Below, one piece after another: positions 48,201 to 59,940 of a stretch of 64,000 nt of DNA. The DNA is taken from NCBI RefSeq assembly GCF_964204865.1, contig NC_135256.1, positions 6,696,001 to 6,760,000 on the forward strand. Reading direction: 5' to 3'. Both the position numbers and the translations under genes were made by a program. Every line of letters starts with the position of its first letter. Position 1 is the first letter of the stretch. Origin of the DNA: Styela clava. Its lineage: Eukaryota. Under the pieces are notes generated by a model, which saw only the letters and a program-made list of their open reading frames with translations, had not been told where the DNA came from and ran no database searches.

Positions 48201-51200
48201 GCTTCTGGAAAACAGTAAGATACAACTTGTTCACTGCATAATTTATATTAATTTATAGATAGCGCGCATCACGCAGCACTTGAGAGCCTTACTGCGGAAA
48301 ATAAAGGATTAGTGACCTGTAATATTATCTTAAAAAAACGCAAAGACAGTGAATTTTATCCAATTAAAGAGTCCAGCTGCACACTAACACAAATGTATTT
48401 TTGTAACGTTTCGTCTGACCCTAGTCGGACTTCCTCAGACAAGCAGTTTACAACAATGGCAAGAAATAAATTTGATAAATAAATTGGAAATCTCAAATCA
48501 AGTATGACGTAACAATGCATAAACATTTAATTTGCATTTAGCCGTAGAAGTAATGATGGGAAAATTAGAACCACTAATATCAGTGGAGCTCATTTCAGAT
48601 GTGATTAAAAAAAAAATATATTATTGCATTTACGAAAATGATGGGTAACTAAATGTAATTCAAATTAAGATTATGGGCACTTAGAGAACCACGAGGAAGT
48701 AAACCAACATTTAAACATAAATCAATGCTTAGTTTGGTTAGGACCAATTTTAAAATAAAATAAGGTTAAAAGTTATTGCTGAATTTTGATCTTAAATAGC
48801 GTTAAAATATAATAATAATTCATAATAATAAATGAATGAATGAACCATCTAGCATATTTCGAGTAGGACAAAAAAAAATAATAATTAAAAAACTATCGCA
48901 AGCACATAAATCCAAGGTTTTGAATTATAATTAAAATTAAACTTGGGACACTTGAAAATAATAGTAAAATAAAACGTCAATCAAGGGGCGAGTAATAATA
49001 AAATATTAAGAAAAAGGGTGATTGTTAAATTTAAATATTATATGATGTTGAAATGAAAATTATTATTAAATAATAATTCTTAGATGAGTCTACAGTCTAT
49101 TTCTCCCGTGAATTGAGTCCTTGGGGTTCCAATGTTCCGGATTTGTTGATGTAGTATGCTTCTACTGTTTGGCGATAGCCCTGGTCTCTGAATAGTTTTT
49201 TTATTCTCGTTACTGAAAAGTCACTTATTGAATGTCCCAGTTTGTTGAAGTGTTCTCCCACTACTAAATCATGTTTCCTTTCCGTAATACTTCTCAGATG
49301 TTCTGTTATACGATGTTTTAACGACCTTCCGGTCTCGCCGATATACTGCGTCGCACATTTCTTACAGTTTATTAGATAAATAACATTTTTTGATTTGCAA
49401 CTTATTCTTTCGTTATTGTTTATATGGACTCCCGTCACGTTCCCGGTACTTATTTTTGTTTCTTCGGAATATTTACAGGTGGTGCTTGCTTTTCTATTAC
49501 ATTTATAAAAACCAGATTGTACTTTCTGTGATATTACTGGTTGTAGTTTAGCTCTAACCAGTCTATCGCGTAATGTAGGGCACTTTCTATATGCAATTTT
49601 CGGAGGTTGAGGGAAAATCTCTTTTAGTCGTGCATTGTTGTCAAGAATATATTGGTAGTCCGAAAATATTTTTCTAAAGTGCGGTTGGTTTGGGTGGTAG
49701 TTGGTATTAAATGGCAATAGTTGCTGACTTTGTTTTGTACCTTTCGGTGTTAAAAGATAATCTCTGTTCATTTCTTTTACCAATTTTATTGTTTTGTCAA
49801 TAGAAGTCTCTTCGTAATTTCGTTGCATGAGATAGCGTTTCATAATTTCTGCATGCTTGTCGAAAAATTCGACATTTGAGCACGATCTTCTTATTCTTAT
49901 GAAGAGTCCCTTTGAAATGTTTGCAGTAATATGTTTGAGGTGGCATGAGCAGGGTAAAAGATATTAGTGAGAGATGGTTCATTCATTCATTTATTATTAT
50001 GAATTATTATTATATTTTAACGCTATTTAGGATCAAAATTCAGCAATAACTTTTAACCTTATTTTATTTTAAAATTGGTTCTCACCAAACTAAGCATTGA
50101 TTTATGTTTAAATGTTGGTTTACTCCCTCGTGGTTCTCTAAGTGCCCATAATCTTAATTTTAATTACATTTAGTTACCCATCATTTTCGTAAATGCAATA
50201 ATAAATTTTTTTTAATTACATCTGAAATGAGCTCCACTGATATTTGTGGTTCTAATTTTCCCATCATTACTTCTACGGCTAAATGCAAATTCAAATGTTT
50301 ATGCATTGTTGCGTCATACTTGATTTGAGATTTTCAATTTATTTATCAAATTTATTTCTTGCCATTGTTGTAAACTGCTTGTCTGAGGAAGTCCGACTTG
50401 GGTCAGACGAAACGTTACGCAAATACATTTGTGTTAGTGTGCAGCTGGACTCTTTAATTGGATAGGATAGTCATGTTTATTCCAGCTATAGTATCCTTGC
50501 AGTATACGCATACGGATCCACTAGCATAAAGGCATAGAAAAAAGATAGGAAGTTAGTCTCGCGCAACCCAACTCAAATTTACAGTGAATTTTGATACGTT
50601 TTTTTATTAGTGCCTATCGGAGCTGTTCCGAGAATCTCATGATGAAGCAGTTTTAATCTTCTTTGGCAGTTACGTCGCTGAAAATAATAACTTTAACACA
50701 ATATTGGCATTGCTAAGTAATCAAACGGTAAAGTACTTCAAACAATGCAGTCGCCGATTGGGAACCTCGCTCAAGTCAAAGTATTTGTGAAACTTTACAA
50801 AACAATATGCGCCGTAATATGGAGTACAGTTCAAATCAGATTTGAGCAAACAAAGTTTATAGTTTGAATCTTCTGCCCATACAAACAAGCGAAAGGATAA
50901 GAAGTCGGGTCAATGTAATCTATAAAATAGGATTCATAACTCTCTATAAAAAAAGATTCTCTCGGTGTTCGCGGTGGCAGAATTCGTTTTGGCATAATAC
51001 AGTTGAACATCCAATCAACCGTGGGTAAAACTGCACACCGACTACCCACAAACATATATATAAGTATCAGAATTCGGGTTTTCAGGAATGCAATACATTT
51101 TTTATTATCGCAGATTGTACTGCAACGTTCTTATTCTAATATCTATTCTAGCCAGAATCTCCGACTCTTGAACATGTTTTAATCATTATGAACTCCTCTT

Positions 51201-51788
51201 GCAACCCAATCTAGAAATTTTGAAGCCACAAAAATCCCGTAAGCCATTGAGCAGTTCAGTTTGACAGTCCGTTAAAAAATAAGACTGATTCAACAAATCT
51301 TGCAAATCTCAAACTTGCAAGACGGTGTGGCGCATTGCGCTAAGCGTTAGGAATACGCTCGCTCCCGCCTCTTTGAGTACCCTGCGTGGGTTCACAGGTA
51401 CGAATCTCATGTGGCGATAGGTATGTGCGAAAGGATTGTTGGACTCCTCGACACGTAACCGCTGATCGGTTACGGCTTCCTCCACCATCAAGTCCATACT
51501 TCAGAAATTATTAACTGACTAACTATTCCCATACCCGACATGGACTGGTAACCGGACGATACGATTAAACCGTCTTATCGGCTTTTCTTATTCACGGACA
51601 AAATATGTAGGCCTAAATACGATGGAAGCCTATTCAATACAAATCCGCCATCATAACATACATTTATTTCACGTTTCAGGTCGTCAAGGGAATATTGGTG
51701 TGGACTGAAAGCTGGTACTGGCAGACCTTACAACCCAGCCCTTTCACAAATATTGGATAATAAATTTCAGTTTGATAAGGATAATTGA
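45220..51788 (+). CDS. BHMT: Betaine-homocysteine S-methyltransferase family protein, paralog 1, 7 exons, ~380 aa
   Basis: Exons 45220-45483, 45889-46080, 46789-46951, 47025-47198, 47506-47636, 48105-48214, 51680-51788 (1143 nt, all GT-AG, phases consistent). Motifs [30 protein letters not shown], Zn ligands GNNC and [19 protein letters not shown]. Confidence 0.95.
45530..45830 (+). mobile_element. hAT (Charlie-like) MITE in BHMT-1 intron 1
   Basis: CAGTGGTTCTCAAAC start; homologous to 2843-3140. Confidence 0.75.
46566..46770 (-). mobile_element. Family Q MITE in BHMT-1 intron 2, ending 18 nt before exon 3
   Basis: GTACATTTGAACCCAT x2 ... GTGGGTTCAAATGT x2. Confidence 0.75.
48401..48442 (-). 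ncRNA. Minimal type I hammerhead ribozyme motif of the Penelope-like element
   Basis: Minus strand reads TTGT-CTGAGGA-A-GTCCGAC-TAGG-GTCAGAC-GAAAC-GTT-ACAA: CUGANGA/GAAA core, stem II, palindromic ACGU stem III, 4-bp stem I. Confidence 0.75.
49097..49843 (-). CDS. Penelope-like element ORF fragment: RT C-terminus, Cys-rich linker and GIY-YIG endonuclease
   Basis: VIY...YIGET...R..EH and terminal E..YI...P.GLN motifs; linker CNRKASTTC resembles the Cys-rich linker of Neptune-type PLEs. Confidence 0.85.
   Translation of the reverse strand: MKRYLMQRNYEETSIDKTIKLVKEMNRDYLLTPKGTKQSQQLLPFNTNYHPNQPHFRKIFSDYQYILDNNARLKEIFPQPPKIAYRKCPTLRDRLVRAKLQPVISQKVQSGFYKCNRKASTTCKYSEETKISTGNVTGVHINNNERISCKSKNVIYLINCKKCATQYIGETGRSLKHRITEHLRSITERKHDLVVGEHFNKLGHSISDFSVTRIKKLFRDQGYRQTVEAYYINKSGTLEPQGLNSREK
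50379..50420 (+). ncRNA. Minimal hammerhead ribozyme motif (inverted PLE repeat copy; sense in BHMT-1 pre-mRNA)
   Basis: TTGT-CTGAGGA-A-GTCCGAC-TTGG-GTCAGAC-GAAAC-GTT-ACGC; predicted cleavage after 50416; stem I weaker than in the other copy. Confidence 0.7.
51321..51607 (+). mobile_element. tRNA-derived SINE in BHMT-1 intron 6
   Basis: A-box-like TGGCGCATTGCG and B-box-like GGTACGAATC; body and tail (TCGGTTAC.GCTTCC..ATCAAGTCCAT, TTATCG.CTTTTCT) also present in reverse at ~7127-7250. Confidence 0.7.
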
Positions 51789-52007
51789 ACACTCCCATGC
51801 GAGCTAAATATGCTTAGCTAATAGCTCCTGTATGATTGCATTTTGTGTATCAGAAATGCCTAACAACGGTTAAGAGTGAGAGCCTTAAATGTAAACATGG
51901 AATTTGTGATATTTAATTAAGTTAATTATGGATAGCACGCGCAATATGAAACAAAGCATCGCGTTGTAACTTGTTTGTGTAAAGATTAATCTTTTGTTAG
52001 TTTATTT

Positions 52008-52118
52008 GGCGCTTCCGTAGTATGTGCACCAAGATGTCGCACAGCCTGATAACTTAACCAGGTACACATACTATGTTCAGGTTGTGCGGCATCTTGGTGC
52101 ACATACTACGGAGGCACC
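52008..52118. repeat. Short hairpin derivative related to family P MITE, downstream of the BHMT-1 stop
   Basis: 42-nt arms pair with one mismatch and three G-U wobbles. Confidence 0.8.
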
Positions 52119-52713
52119 GTTTATTTTGGAAGCCTAATATGTAAAAAGTCCGTTTTCATCACATTCATTAAATCTTGAAATTCCGATAAATATTGTCGTC
52201 GCTACTGATATCAAAAAACGTGTTCAAGTCATTTAAAAATTGACCTTTTTTCGCTTCTGTTTATATAATATATCAGACTTTGACTGTAGTAATCACTACA
52301 GATATAATCTACATACGGAGTGATGGGATTCATCTCGGTCTTGGGATAGATAACATAGAAAGCACCAGTTTGTCATGGTTCGTGAACGCACAGTTAAACC
52401 CATGAGGGCGCTGCTGCGTCATTTCTTACTCCAGTGATATTTTGTGATTTCATTTTGTGATACTTTTGAATTATTAAATTAGTATATTTTATTCTTTTCC
52501 TTCTGAATTAATCAGCCAACAGGTGTCGCTGACTCCTTTGCGACCCCTTATCGATTGCAATGAATTTCTGACGTTATTTCTTATGTGTATATTTCAATTT
52601 TTTTCTAATTCCGTTATACACTTTTGTGTTGTGTTTGCATTGATTCTTGCATGGGGTCTAGTCGTGCATTGGATCTACTCTGAGCAACCCCTTCATCACT
52701 TCAAAATTGTCAT

Positions 52714-53312
52714 TTTTACACCAGGGACATAAATTGCGAGCTGGGCAGTGTCTGTGATGTCTGTGCTCTCGTCAAGAGTGACTGAGTATGAAAACATTTG
52801 GCTTTCTCACACACTTGATCATAAATGTCACTTGACAGGTTAGAAATAAGCTCTGCCACTGTGTTGGCAGAAAGGCTGATATTGCTAAACTGGCCTTTCT
52901 TTTCTGGACAGATTGTACTTGCAGCTTGTAACAAGCACTTTTTTACAAACTCACCTTCTGTGAATGGCTTTCCGGGTATTGTAATATTCTCATTAATCAC
53001 GTAGCTAGCTTCGACTGCTGCACTACACTGGTTGCTTTCTTGAAGAAATTTTGCTGCTTCAGTAGACATGTTTTAAGACTGGCAACTCGTTTAGCTCTTT
53101 CATCTCCCTGATATTTTGTATACTCCCCATGTCTTGTCGTGTAATGACTTTTTAAATTGTATTCCTGGTGCAATGCAACTTTCTCTGTGCAGATAAGATA
53201 TGTCGAGAGTGCCCCTATGTTCAACAAAGAAATATTGCATTTTCAACTTCTCTTGCAATTGTCTGTGCTAATCCCCAACCTTTCTCTTCACTGCAGGCTT
53301 TGGAAAAGACAT
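52714..53312 (-). mobile_element. Decayed SPIN/Buster-type (GTF2IRD2-like) hAT transposase N-terminal fragment
   Basis: KRKV..YFF..LICTEKVALHQEYNLKSHYTTRH (BED-finger-like), KPFTEGEFVKKCL, SNISLSANTV, LDESTDITDTAQLAIYV; broken by stops and frameshifts. Confidence 0.85.
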
Positions 53313-54670
53313 GTTTGGGATGTGCAATATATAAAATTCAACTTGCTATCATTGTTGCGCTGATGTTTCAATCAAACATTTGGCCGATGGACGTGATGTC
53401 TCACCATAACATGGTTAAAATGTGACAATCAATATAAATCTAAGCGTTAGTGACGTCAAAAATCACTGTTTTTAACTTACTTCAAACGATTTTCTGATTA
53501 AATATCAGGCCTACAGGTACGGTCCAGTTAGGTCACCGTACCGCATATGCATTTCGGGGGATAGATGATAAAATGTATTTTTTTGCCGTACGTGTTCATA
53601 TCTTATGTCGGTGCTCTCAAAGTGTGTGCACCAAGATGGCACACGACCTGAACCCTAACCTGGTACACGCACCATGTTCAAATTGTGCGCCATCTTGGTG
53701 CACATACTTCGGTAGCTACCTTATATCAAATGTATTAATCATGCTAACTGATCTGAGTGACCTGTGGGTGGCACTAACATCACACTTTCAAACCAAGGCG
53801 GGGCCACAAACTATCGTCCCGCGGTCCGCAATTGGCGACTTTTATCATTTCGTAATTGTCCAAACTAGAAATGTGGATAAATTCTGCCAAGGCACAATGA
53901 AAATCAGTAAACTAGACACCAACACATAAGAATGATATATTCCGATTGAAGCTGTATACAAAATTAATCAATGCCAAGACGATCTGGACGTTTATATAGC
54001 CTACCTATTCTGATGCTAATTTACCTTTGCGTTTAAATAGCTTGCAAAGTGAATCTGTATTTGTGGAATTTGCTTACGATAAACATTCGAGTCTTGCCTT
54101 CAGATGGAGTAACCTGGGTTTTCTGTCCTCGCTTGTCGAGAGGACCGACAACTGTAAATTTCCCACACATGTTGGATCATATGCAGGTTCCCCCTCTCAA
54201 GTAAGTTTTGACGGAAACTTCATGTGATCCCGAAAACTCATGTCTTCAGTATCGCAAAGCATTTGTATTTGGCAAATTTGCATATAATTGTAACGTCCCA
54301 GCACATTCAAAACTAACAGGGAAAATGATGAAAATATATATTACTTTACATTAGTACCGTTAAAAATCTTAATATTATTACAAAACACTTTTAAATAGCA
54401 TAGCAAATTAAATAATTGAAACTGATTGTCAGTGACGTATAATTGGTTTAAATGTTTGAATTTTAGTAATCACTTTTGCACCGTGTCATGAAAATGAAAT
54501 ATCAATTCTCATATCATCGACCCAAAACAGAATGACACAGTGGCAAAAACGAAAAATAGCAAAATCATCTTTCAAGAGTTTATAATCATAAATTAATAAA
54601 TAATTGATGTCGTAAAATCTCTTCCACCAAATTACATTTTTGTTTTTCATATCATATTTTATTTTAATCG

Positions 54671-57600
54671 TTAGTTGTAATTTTCGTCCTTTGGTTTCGA
54701 ACACGGTGGGTTAAAAGGTCTCCCAAAGCCTGGTTTCATATTCATCCAATATTCCTTTGAAGCTCTGGTAATATATAAAGGTAAAAAAGAGGATTCGACA
54801 TTTTCCTTTCTTACAAAAATTGTATTTTCAGTGACCCTAATATGCTATCTTTTTCATACTATAGAGTCGTGTTTTTAACTATTTTCGTGAAGCGAAGCCC
54901 AATGAAACTTTTCAGGAACTCGAGGAACCCACGTGAATTAGTTGTTTTCATTGTCTGAATTGCAAATCTTTTTCAAATTATTATAAAATCGAACCTAATA
55001 TTTTCAGAACAAAATGATCTTTAAAGTTCAATAATGGTATCAAACCAATTTAATCACATTTAAACTATAAACTTAAAAATATAGACTCTTATATTTGAAT
55101 GGAAATTTGCGGAAACTCTGAACTGTACCGGCGGGACCCCGATTGAAAACCTCTGGTATGAAGTGTTATGTTTACAGAACGTATTTTACATTATCAAGGG
55201 CCATCCATTACATACACGAAAGTCAATATTTTGTTTACTTCAATCGAGTTCAGCTGGAAATTACCTTAACTCTTAATGTTTTGAAAAATATCACACTAGC
55301 AAACGAAAGACTTTTCATAGGATGCTCCCGCCAAAAATAGTAATTATCCAATTACAATTTGTTTCATTGATGGTGTTCAGCACTGAATTCAGCAATGTCG
55401 GGAGTAAAGTTAGCATTTACTTAAAATGTGGCGGATGCCATTTCCAGTACTTAAAACGTGGCGAGGAAAATCGACATTTTCACATTAGTGGCGGGGCTTT
55501 AAAAATATTCACTTCTATAGGCCAGTATATATTTCAAACAAAATAAAGCGTTCTAAGTATATTGCACATTTGATCTACTCACCTTTCTCCACTCGCTAAA
55601 TCGGACCTATGACTCGTTTTAAAATATTCTCCGCCAAATGCTTGTGCCATATCTTCAACTGGAGGTTTTCTACCCCTTTCGGCAGCAAGCTACAATACAC
55701 AAAAAAGCTTGTTTTCCAGTTTGTAAGTAATGTTATTTTCCGTATTTTACAGGCCAAAAGCGCACCGAGTTACATAAGGCACACTGTAAATAAATTACTT
55801 AGATTGGGTTTTATTTGTATAAGAGGCGCATCAAGCTATAAGACGCAACGGGTACTAGTACTGATTCTGATTGTGAGCAATAAAGCTCCACCAGTCGCAC
55901 CAGCTGACGAAGCACAGTCGATTGTTGTGGGAGAACAAAATTTATGTGCGCCTTAGGGTCAGTAAGATACGGTAGTTCTTTATAACAACAAAATCTAAGT
56001 GTGTTCGGCCCAAAGTTCAGTTTGATTCAACACTTATTTTGTTATTTATGCCTGGCAATCAATCAAAATATGTATCAGTTTATAGCACACTGTTAGAGAT
56101 GGCAAGCATTGTTTGATGGCACAGGTATATTGCATCTGAAGGACATTTCTCTTTACATGCGTCGTACTTCGTAGCTCACAAATATACTTGTTGCTGTTTT
56201 GTAGACAAAAATTATGTTGTTTGTTGTTTGATTGATTGAGATTTTTCCAACAAGACGATATCATGTAGTTGCGAACCAGTAACAACCAATGCAAATTACA
56301 CTAGTAAGCAATCAAGCCATGGCAATACTCCCTTAGATATAAAACATTTCCGTAATTGTTTTAAACACAGAACGAACCTCTTGAGCTATTGCACGAATAT
56401 GATGAGGTTCGAAGCCACAACAACCTCCTATATATCTGACGCCAATCTCCCACGCTTCTCTGGCAAACTTGTGAGCTTCTATTCTTGTCATTGATCTTGG
56501 GTCAAGACCTGGTGGGGGTAATAAATAGGTTAGTATAAAATGAACAATGTAATTTTGAAATATTTTGTCCGATTTATTAAAAGTTTGCCGACAAACATGA
56601 AAATTGGCTTCCAATTTTCTAAAGTTTTTTATGTATCAAACTTGGCAATTGAATAAAACTGCAATCAATTGCCTCGGATAAAGAAATCCTTTCGGGGCTG
56701 AACACGCCAAGACACTGGATTGTGTCGACAGTTGTGATGGTTCGATTTCCGTCTCCCCCAAACCAGTTGAAAAGAGTAAATACAGTTCAATACTTACATT
56801 CGCTTTTTTAACTTCGGGATAGCTTTACAAGCTTTGAAAAAATACTACAAAAATATTCTTGAGTTAATGAATGGTTCTGGGTATTTCTGAACATATTTTG
56901 TATAAAAGTTTTTAAAAAACAACTGTACTTACATAACGGATATTCTATAAGAGAGTAAAAGCCAATTGGACTGTTTTCTGCATCAGGGCTGATGTAACCG
57001 ATTGGTTGACAGATAAGATAAGGGTGCAAGTCTTCCTTTTTAAGTGCATTTACTATTCTCCTCATCACTTTGAGGCTGGTATCGGTGTCGTACGAGCAGT
57101 TTGTTCCTTTATTACATTATTAAATTTTAAAACCTGCTCTGTATGGCGATAATAATTAACGAATATGAAATATAGCGCTGAATTGTCAGTGATTTTGAGC
57201 TTAATTAATTCAAGAGTCTTGCTGTATATTTCTGTTATTGCGCAACACTATTTTTATTTCACTTATAATATAGTTATCTTTATTCTTGTTACAGCATCTT
57301 TGAATTATATGCATACAGATTCACTGGTGCAAAAGGATAGAATAAATATAGTCGGTACCGAAAGCACAGGTTTATACAGCAGATTGGAATAGGCATCAAA
57401 AGACATTACACATATGTTTTATGCGATTTGCGTCTTTGTTGTTTCCAGTTTATGGAAACTGTAAACACACAACAACGGCTGTTAGTGCATAAAATTCACA
57501 AAGTTACTGCTGTGAAAAACACTGTATTCTACGGCTTTACAACTTTATTGTTTGCTCTGTCTGACGGCAGAGCGTACTAAAAATGAAAATAACAGGATGA

Positions 57601-59940
57601 AACTAAGAGTGTAAAAACATACCAATAATCTCCGCTCCGGTTTTTGCCATCCGTATTGCACATTCTTCTGGTGAGACTCCGTTCACATCTCCCATTAATC
57701 CAACTCTCATACACAATGCAATTGGTTTATTCAATTTTTTCATTTCACTCGCACAAAGTTCAATTTCATTGATGTCATGAAAGAACTGGAATAAAATGTT
57801 TAAATTCGTATAAAATAGTCTGTGTGGTTGAATACTTGTCTTTTGAAGATTTGTTGCCCAGGTGTGGGCAAACTTTTTTAGTAATATCTACATTTAGAAA
57901 AGTAAAAACATCAGCTGGCACAAATTTATTTGATAAAGCAAAGTCCAAAAACTCATTACCAGATAAATTTTATAAAAAGAATATTGACAACGCGACTGAT
58001 GCATTCGATGACTGTCGTCAACCAATTTATCAAAGTTAGGAGTGAAGTTTAAAAATGAATCCTAATTTTTTATGTAGTTGTAAGAAATTTTCACAACTTT
58101 CTCCGAGAGCAGGGGGCCGTACATTATACTTTGGTGGATACTCCGTAAGTATGTGAATCAAGATGGCGGACACCGGAACGTGGTATGTGTACCAGGTTAG
58201 GGTTAGAGCATAATTTTATTCCAATTTTCCTTAATTTAGTTATGTTAGGTGTTCGGGGACTAGCCAGGTGACTTCCGTAGTATTTGCATCTGAAATTATG
58301 GTCTAACTCTAGCGTGGTACACATACTACGTTCGGTGTCCGTCATCTTGGTTCACATACTTCGGGAGTACCCATTGGTGGATCGCATCCGGTCTCTTAAA
58401 CAAATCTGAATCTTCTTTTATTCTATATTTATAGCGCAATATATCCTTCTCACCTCAGCCATAACGAAATCAACATCATGATCCTGATAAACGTTAGCTT
58501 GTTTTTGATATTCCACTCTAGCCGCTTCCTCTCCCCTTTTTTTATGTGAAGGAACAGGAAAAAATCCACCACAAACTAGACATCCGTTTTCGTCAGCGGC
58601 TTTTTTAGCCAATTTGCAAGCTGCTTCATTAATCTTGGCACTCTGTAAAAAACAAAAAAACTGTGCTAGTATTCTTTTATTAAAAAAGACTATCAATTTT
58701 CGAATCCTGCGTCAACAAGTTTTATGAAATATGTTTCGTATGTGTTTGTTTACAAAACACTTAACGTGCGTCGGGGTCCCATGTTCAAATTATCTGTGCT
58801 ATCGATTGGGTTTTTGCGAGACTAACTACTAATCCTTTTCTATGCCTTTGCGCTGGTGGATCCCTATGCCTACAATGCAAGCATGCTAAAGCAAGATATC
58901 ATAACCATTTCAAGTGATTAATTCACACATATATATATATATACATTTGTGTTAGTGTGCAGCAAGACTCGTGAATCACTTAGAACAGGGTAGTCCAAGG
59001 TTGTCAGCTCGGGAGACCACAAAATTATTTTTGCATTGTTCGCAGGCCACAATAGTGCCAAGAATAGGTAAACAGTTCAATACAAAACAAACACTTTTAT
59101 TGTGGAAACACATTGATCAGTATTTGTCATTTATTAAGCTAAACATGCAAAAACCACCAAAAACTTAATAAAACATGCAGAAGTTTTTTTTATATTTATA
59201 GTTAATGTAAGATTCAAAACTCTTTCAAGCGGAAAAAGAGCTTCCGCAATTGTAAGTGATTCCGAACATCGAAGATAATTACTAAATCTTCTGTCATATA
59301 GGCAGCAATTTTTGTAATTCTGTTTAGGCTGGTTGCAACAAACTCCCGACATGAATTATATTGAGACCATAACATTGATATTTAGTTACCAGGCATAGCC
59401 AACCAAGGCTAATAAAATCCGCATTCAATTTTAAGTTCTCAACGATGCCAAAATTGTAAGCATATATTCCTGATCAAAAAGATAGAAACTCAGCTAGCCA
59501 TAACATTAGTCAATTCAGTGACATTAGTGATGTAAAATATGTCAAAAGATTTTTCTAGTTTATTTTATGACGAAACAACACTAAATATAATTTTTTGATT
59601 ACTCTTCGAATGCGACGCGGGCCTGGGTTTGCACCAGCCTGACTTAGAACGAGTATCTGTATGTATGTGTACTTACTGTATGAGTTACTTCTTCGCCCTT
59701 GCGGCCGTATGCTAATTTATCGTCGTTGGAATAAAATGAAGCAGTCTGAACAACATCGGCTCCAGACCTCACATATTCTTTGTGCAACTGAAGAACGGCG
59801 TCAGGATACTCCAAAACGGCTTCTGGGGTCCACCGACCTGCTTTGGCATATCCTCGTTTTTCGAGAATAAAACACATGCTTCCATCTCCGACAACTGGAC
59901 CTTCAGCTAGTCGCTGCAAAATACCTTTCTTTTCTGCCAT
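54671..59940 (-). CDS. BHMT: Betaine-homocysteine S-methyltransferase family protein, paralog 2, 7 exons, ~373 aa
   Basis: Exons 59940-59677, 58642-58454, 57785-57623, 57106-56933, 56508-56378, 55689-55583, 54764-54671 (1122 nt). Same intron positions and phases as paralog 1; GTNC and [10 protein letters not shown] Zn ligands intact. Confidence 0.94.
58137..58372. mobile_element. Family P MITE copy in BHMT-2 intron 2
   Basis: GGATACTCC...GGAGTACCC termini; same core. Confidence 0.8.
58986..59641. mobile_element. hAT MITE in BHMT-2 intron 1
   Basis: CAGGGTAGTCCAA / TTGCACCAGCCTG; perfect TSD ACTTAGAA. Confidence 0.8.

Larger units (their letters stand above)
48357..50464 (-). mobile_element. 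5'-truncated Penelope-like retroelement (RT thumb + GIY-YIG endonuclease) with inverted terminal repeats, in BHMT-1 intron 6
   Basis: Minus ORF 49097-49843 (reading frame open to ~49963, [15 protein letters not shown] thumb) contains [27 protein letters not shown]; 48357-48850 is the reverse complement of 49972-50464. Confidence 0.92.

Noticed and set aside
56692-56762. tRNA-like segment (GATGGTTCGATTTCCGTC T-arm) in BHMT-2 intron 4
   Set aside because: No convincing D arm, acceptor stem or 7-nt anticodon loop; at most a decayed SINE head.
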